Shown here: positions 26,469 to 27,243 of the stretch, in pieces
How the letters are laid out: every line of letters begins with the position of its first letter
Numbering within the stretch: the stretch's first letter is position 1
Notes under the pieces: generated by a model
Told to the model about the DNA's origin: nothing
The model's database searches: none
Seen by the model: only the letters and a program-made list of their open reading frames with translations
Translations under genes and position numbers: made by a program
From: a virus
Lineage: Duplodnaviria; Caudoviricetes
Length of the DNA: 27,243 nt
Virus record (IMG/VR): IMGVR_UViG_3300046805_000147
Span: 1-27,243 of that record
Direction: 5' to 3' (one strand)

Positions 26469-26476
26469 ATAAATAT
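26469..26476 (-). promoter_or_regulatory. ATATTTAT putative late-promoter motif
   Basis: 9 nt upstream of the ATG at 26459. Confidence 0.6.
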
Positions 26477-26482
26477 TTGTGT

Positions 26483-27241
26483 TTATGAATAAACGGCGAG
26501 ATATTTTGTACCAGCAGTAAACGCATTAGCGCCTGCATTTGAAACATTACTATCTATATAAATTCTAATATATCCAGCCAATGTTCTACCACTACTGCTT
26601 GTTGTAGCAATACCATTACACGTGTTAATATATAAGAAATTAGAACTGGTACCTTCACCAATAACCGTGAATCTTGCATTTGAATTAGCACTACCACCTA
26701 CACCAAATCTACTATTTGTAGTATCGTGATAAATAAATGTACTATCTTTCAGCGTTGTAGTAGATGTTGAATAAATTACTCTATCGTTAGCAGTAAATGA
26801 CCCACCACTAATACCACTTGTACCAGCTGGAGCCGCTAAACCGCTTGTACCAGTAGTACCATTCGTTCCACTAGTACCATTATTACCAGTTACACCACTA
26901 TTACCACTGACACCATTGGTACCACTGACACCATTGGTACCACTTGTTCCATTTGTACCAGATGTAAATGCACCTGATCCGCTATTACCATTGTTGCCAT
27001 TAGCACCATTTGTACCGCTTGATCCATTTGTGCCAGATGTAAATGCACCTGATCCGCTATTACCATTGTTGCCATTTACACCATTTGTACCGCTTGATCC
27101 ATTTGTGCCAGATGTAAATGCACCTGATCCGCTATTACCATTCACACCATTTGTGCCGCTTGTACCGGCACTACCAGATGTAGCGCTTGTACCACTTGTT
27201 CTGGCACCCGTACCGCTTGTACCATTGGTACCATCCGCACC
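26483..27241 (-). CDS. C-terminal part of a Gly-X-X (SGT/NGT) repeat fibre-like virion protein; the 5' end lies beyond the window
   Basis: The frame stays open past the ORF-track GTG to the window edge (GADGTNGTSGTGARTSG...). The C-terminal beta-rich region DTTNSRFGVG...ARFTV resembles tail-fibre repeats. Confidence 0.75.
   Translation of the reverse strand, partial: GADGTNGTSGTGARTSGTSATSGSAGTSGTNGVNGNSGSGAFTSGTNGSSGTNGVNGNNGNSGSGAFTSGTNGSSGTNGANGNNGNSGSGAFTSGTNGTSGTNGVSGTNGVSGNSGVTGNNGTSGTNGTTGTSGLAAPAGTSGISGGSFTANDRVIYSTSTTTLKDSTFIYHDTTNSRFGVGGSANSNARFTVIGEGTSSNFLYINTCNGIATTSSSGRTLAGYIRIYIDSNVSNAGANAFTAGTKYLAVYS
26903..27142. repeat. 75-bp tandem repeat (about 3 copies) plus an 18-bp tandem duplication
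   Basis: GATGTAAATGCACCTGATCCGCTATTACCATT starts at 26961, 27036 and 27111; ACCACTGACACCATTGGT occurs at 26903 and 26921. Confidence 0.95.
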
Positions 27242-27243
27242 AC

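Larger units (their letters stand above)
1..27243 (-). mobile_element. Segment of a large tailed bacteriophage genome (contractile-tail type): tail/baseplate module followed by replication and nucleotide-metabolism module
   Basis: Co-oriented, tightly packed genes: tail tube, tape measure, LysM/baseplate proteins, gp32-like SSB, RecA, helicase, NrdAB. No host housekeeping context, integrase or att site is visible. Confidence 0.93.

Noticed and set aside
4657-27075. Nested minus-strand ORFs 4657-4857 and 26890-27075
   Set aside because: They are alternative frames inside the helicase and fibre genes; the second stays open only because of the tandem repeat.
26903-27142. Regularly spaced repeats resembling a CRISPR array
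   Set aside because: The intervening sequences are also repeated, the period is a multiple of 3 inside an open reading frame, and no cas genes are present.
38-27241. Possible TAG stop-codon reassignment (no gene ends in TAG: 18 TAA, 6 TGA)
   Set aside because: All genes are full length under the standard code and none is broken by an in-frame TAG; TAG avoidance alone is common in AT-rich phages.

Overview
A 27.2-kb, AT-rich, densely coding segment of a large tailed (myovirus-type) phage genome. All 24 credible reading frames are on the minus strand. In transcription order (right to left) they are: 5'-truncated Gly/Ser/Thr/Asn-repeat fibre-like protein; small ORF; GT4-type glycosyltransferase; two small ORFs; HAD-phosphatase/Pol-beta nucleotidyltransferase fusion; tail tube; HxGH nucleotidyltransferase; gp26-like tail/baseplate chaperone with an unannotated frameshift extension; tape measure; tube-initiator-like, LysM and hub-like baseplate proteins; a thumb-less, heavily substituted family A polymerase; a PD-(D/E)xK-like protein; a hypothetical; gp32-like SSB; RecA; 5'-3' exonuclease; DnaB-like helicase; class Ia NrdA and NrdB. 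The most notable signals are: (1) a minimal PolA-like enzyme that keeps both catalytic Asp residues but has lost the thumb and the steric-gate Glu; (2) a likely +1/-2 programmed frameshift at UUU UUU UGG upstream of the tape measure gene; (3) an ATATTTAT motif upstream of seven genes, the reverse complement of the T4 late promoter core; (4) an SSB leader with periodic AAUUA repeats; (5) nucleotide-transfer enzymes interleaved with tail genes. All functional calls come from reading motifs by eye; no database searches were run.
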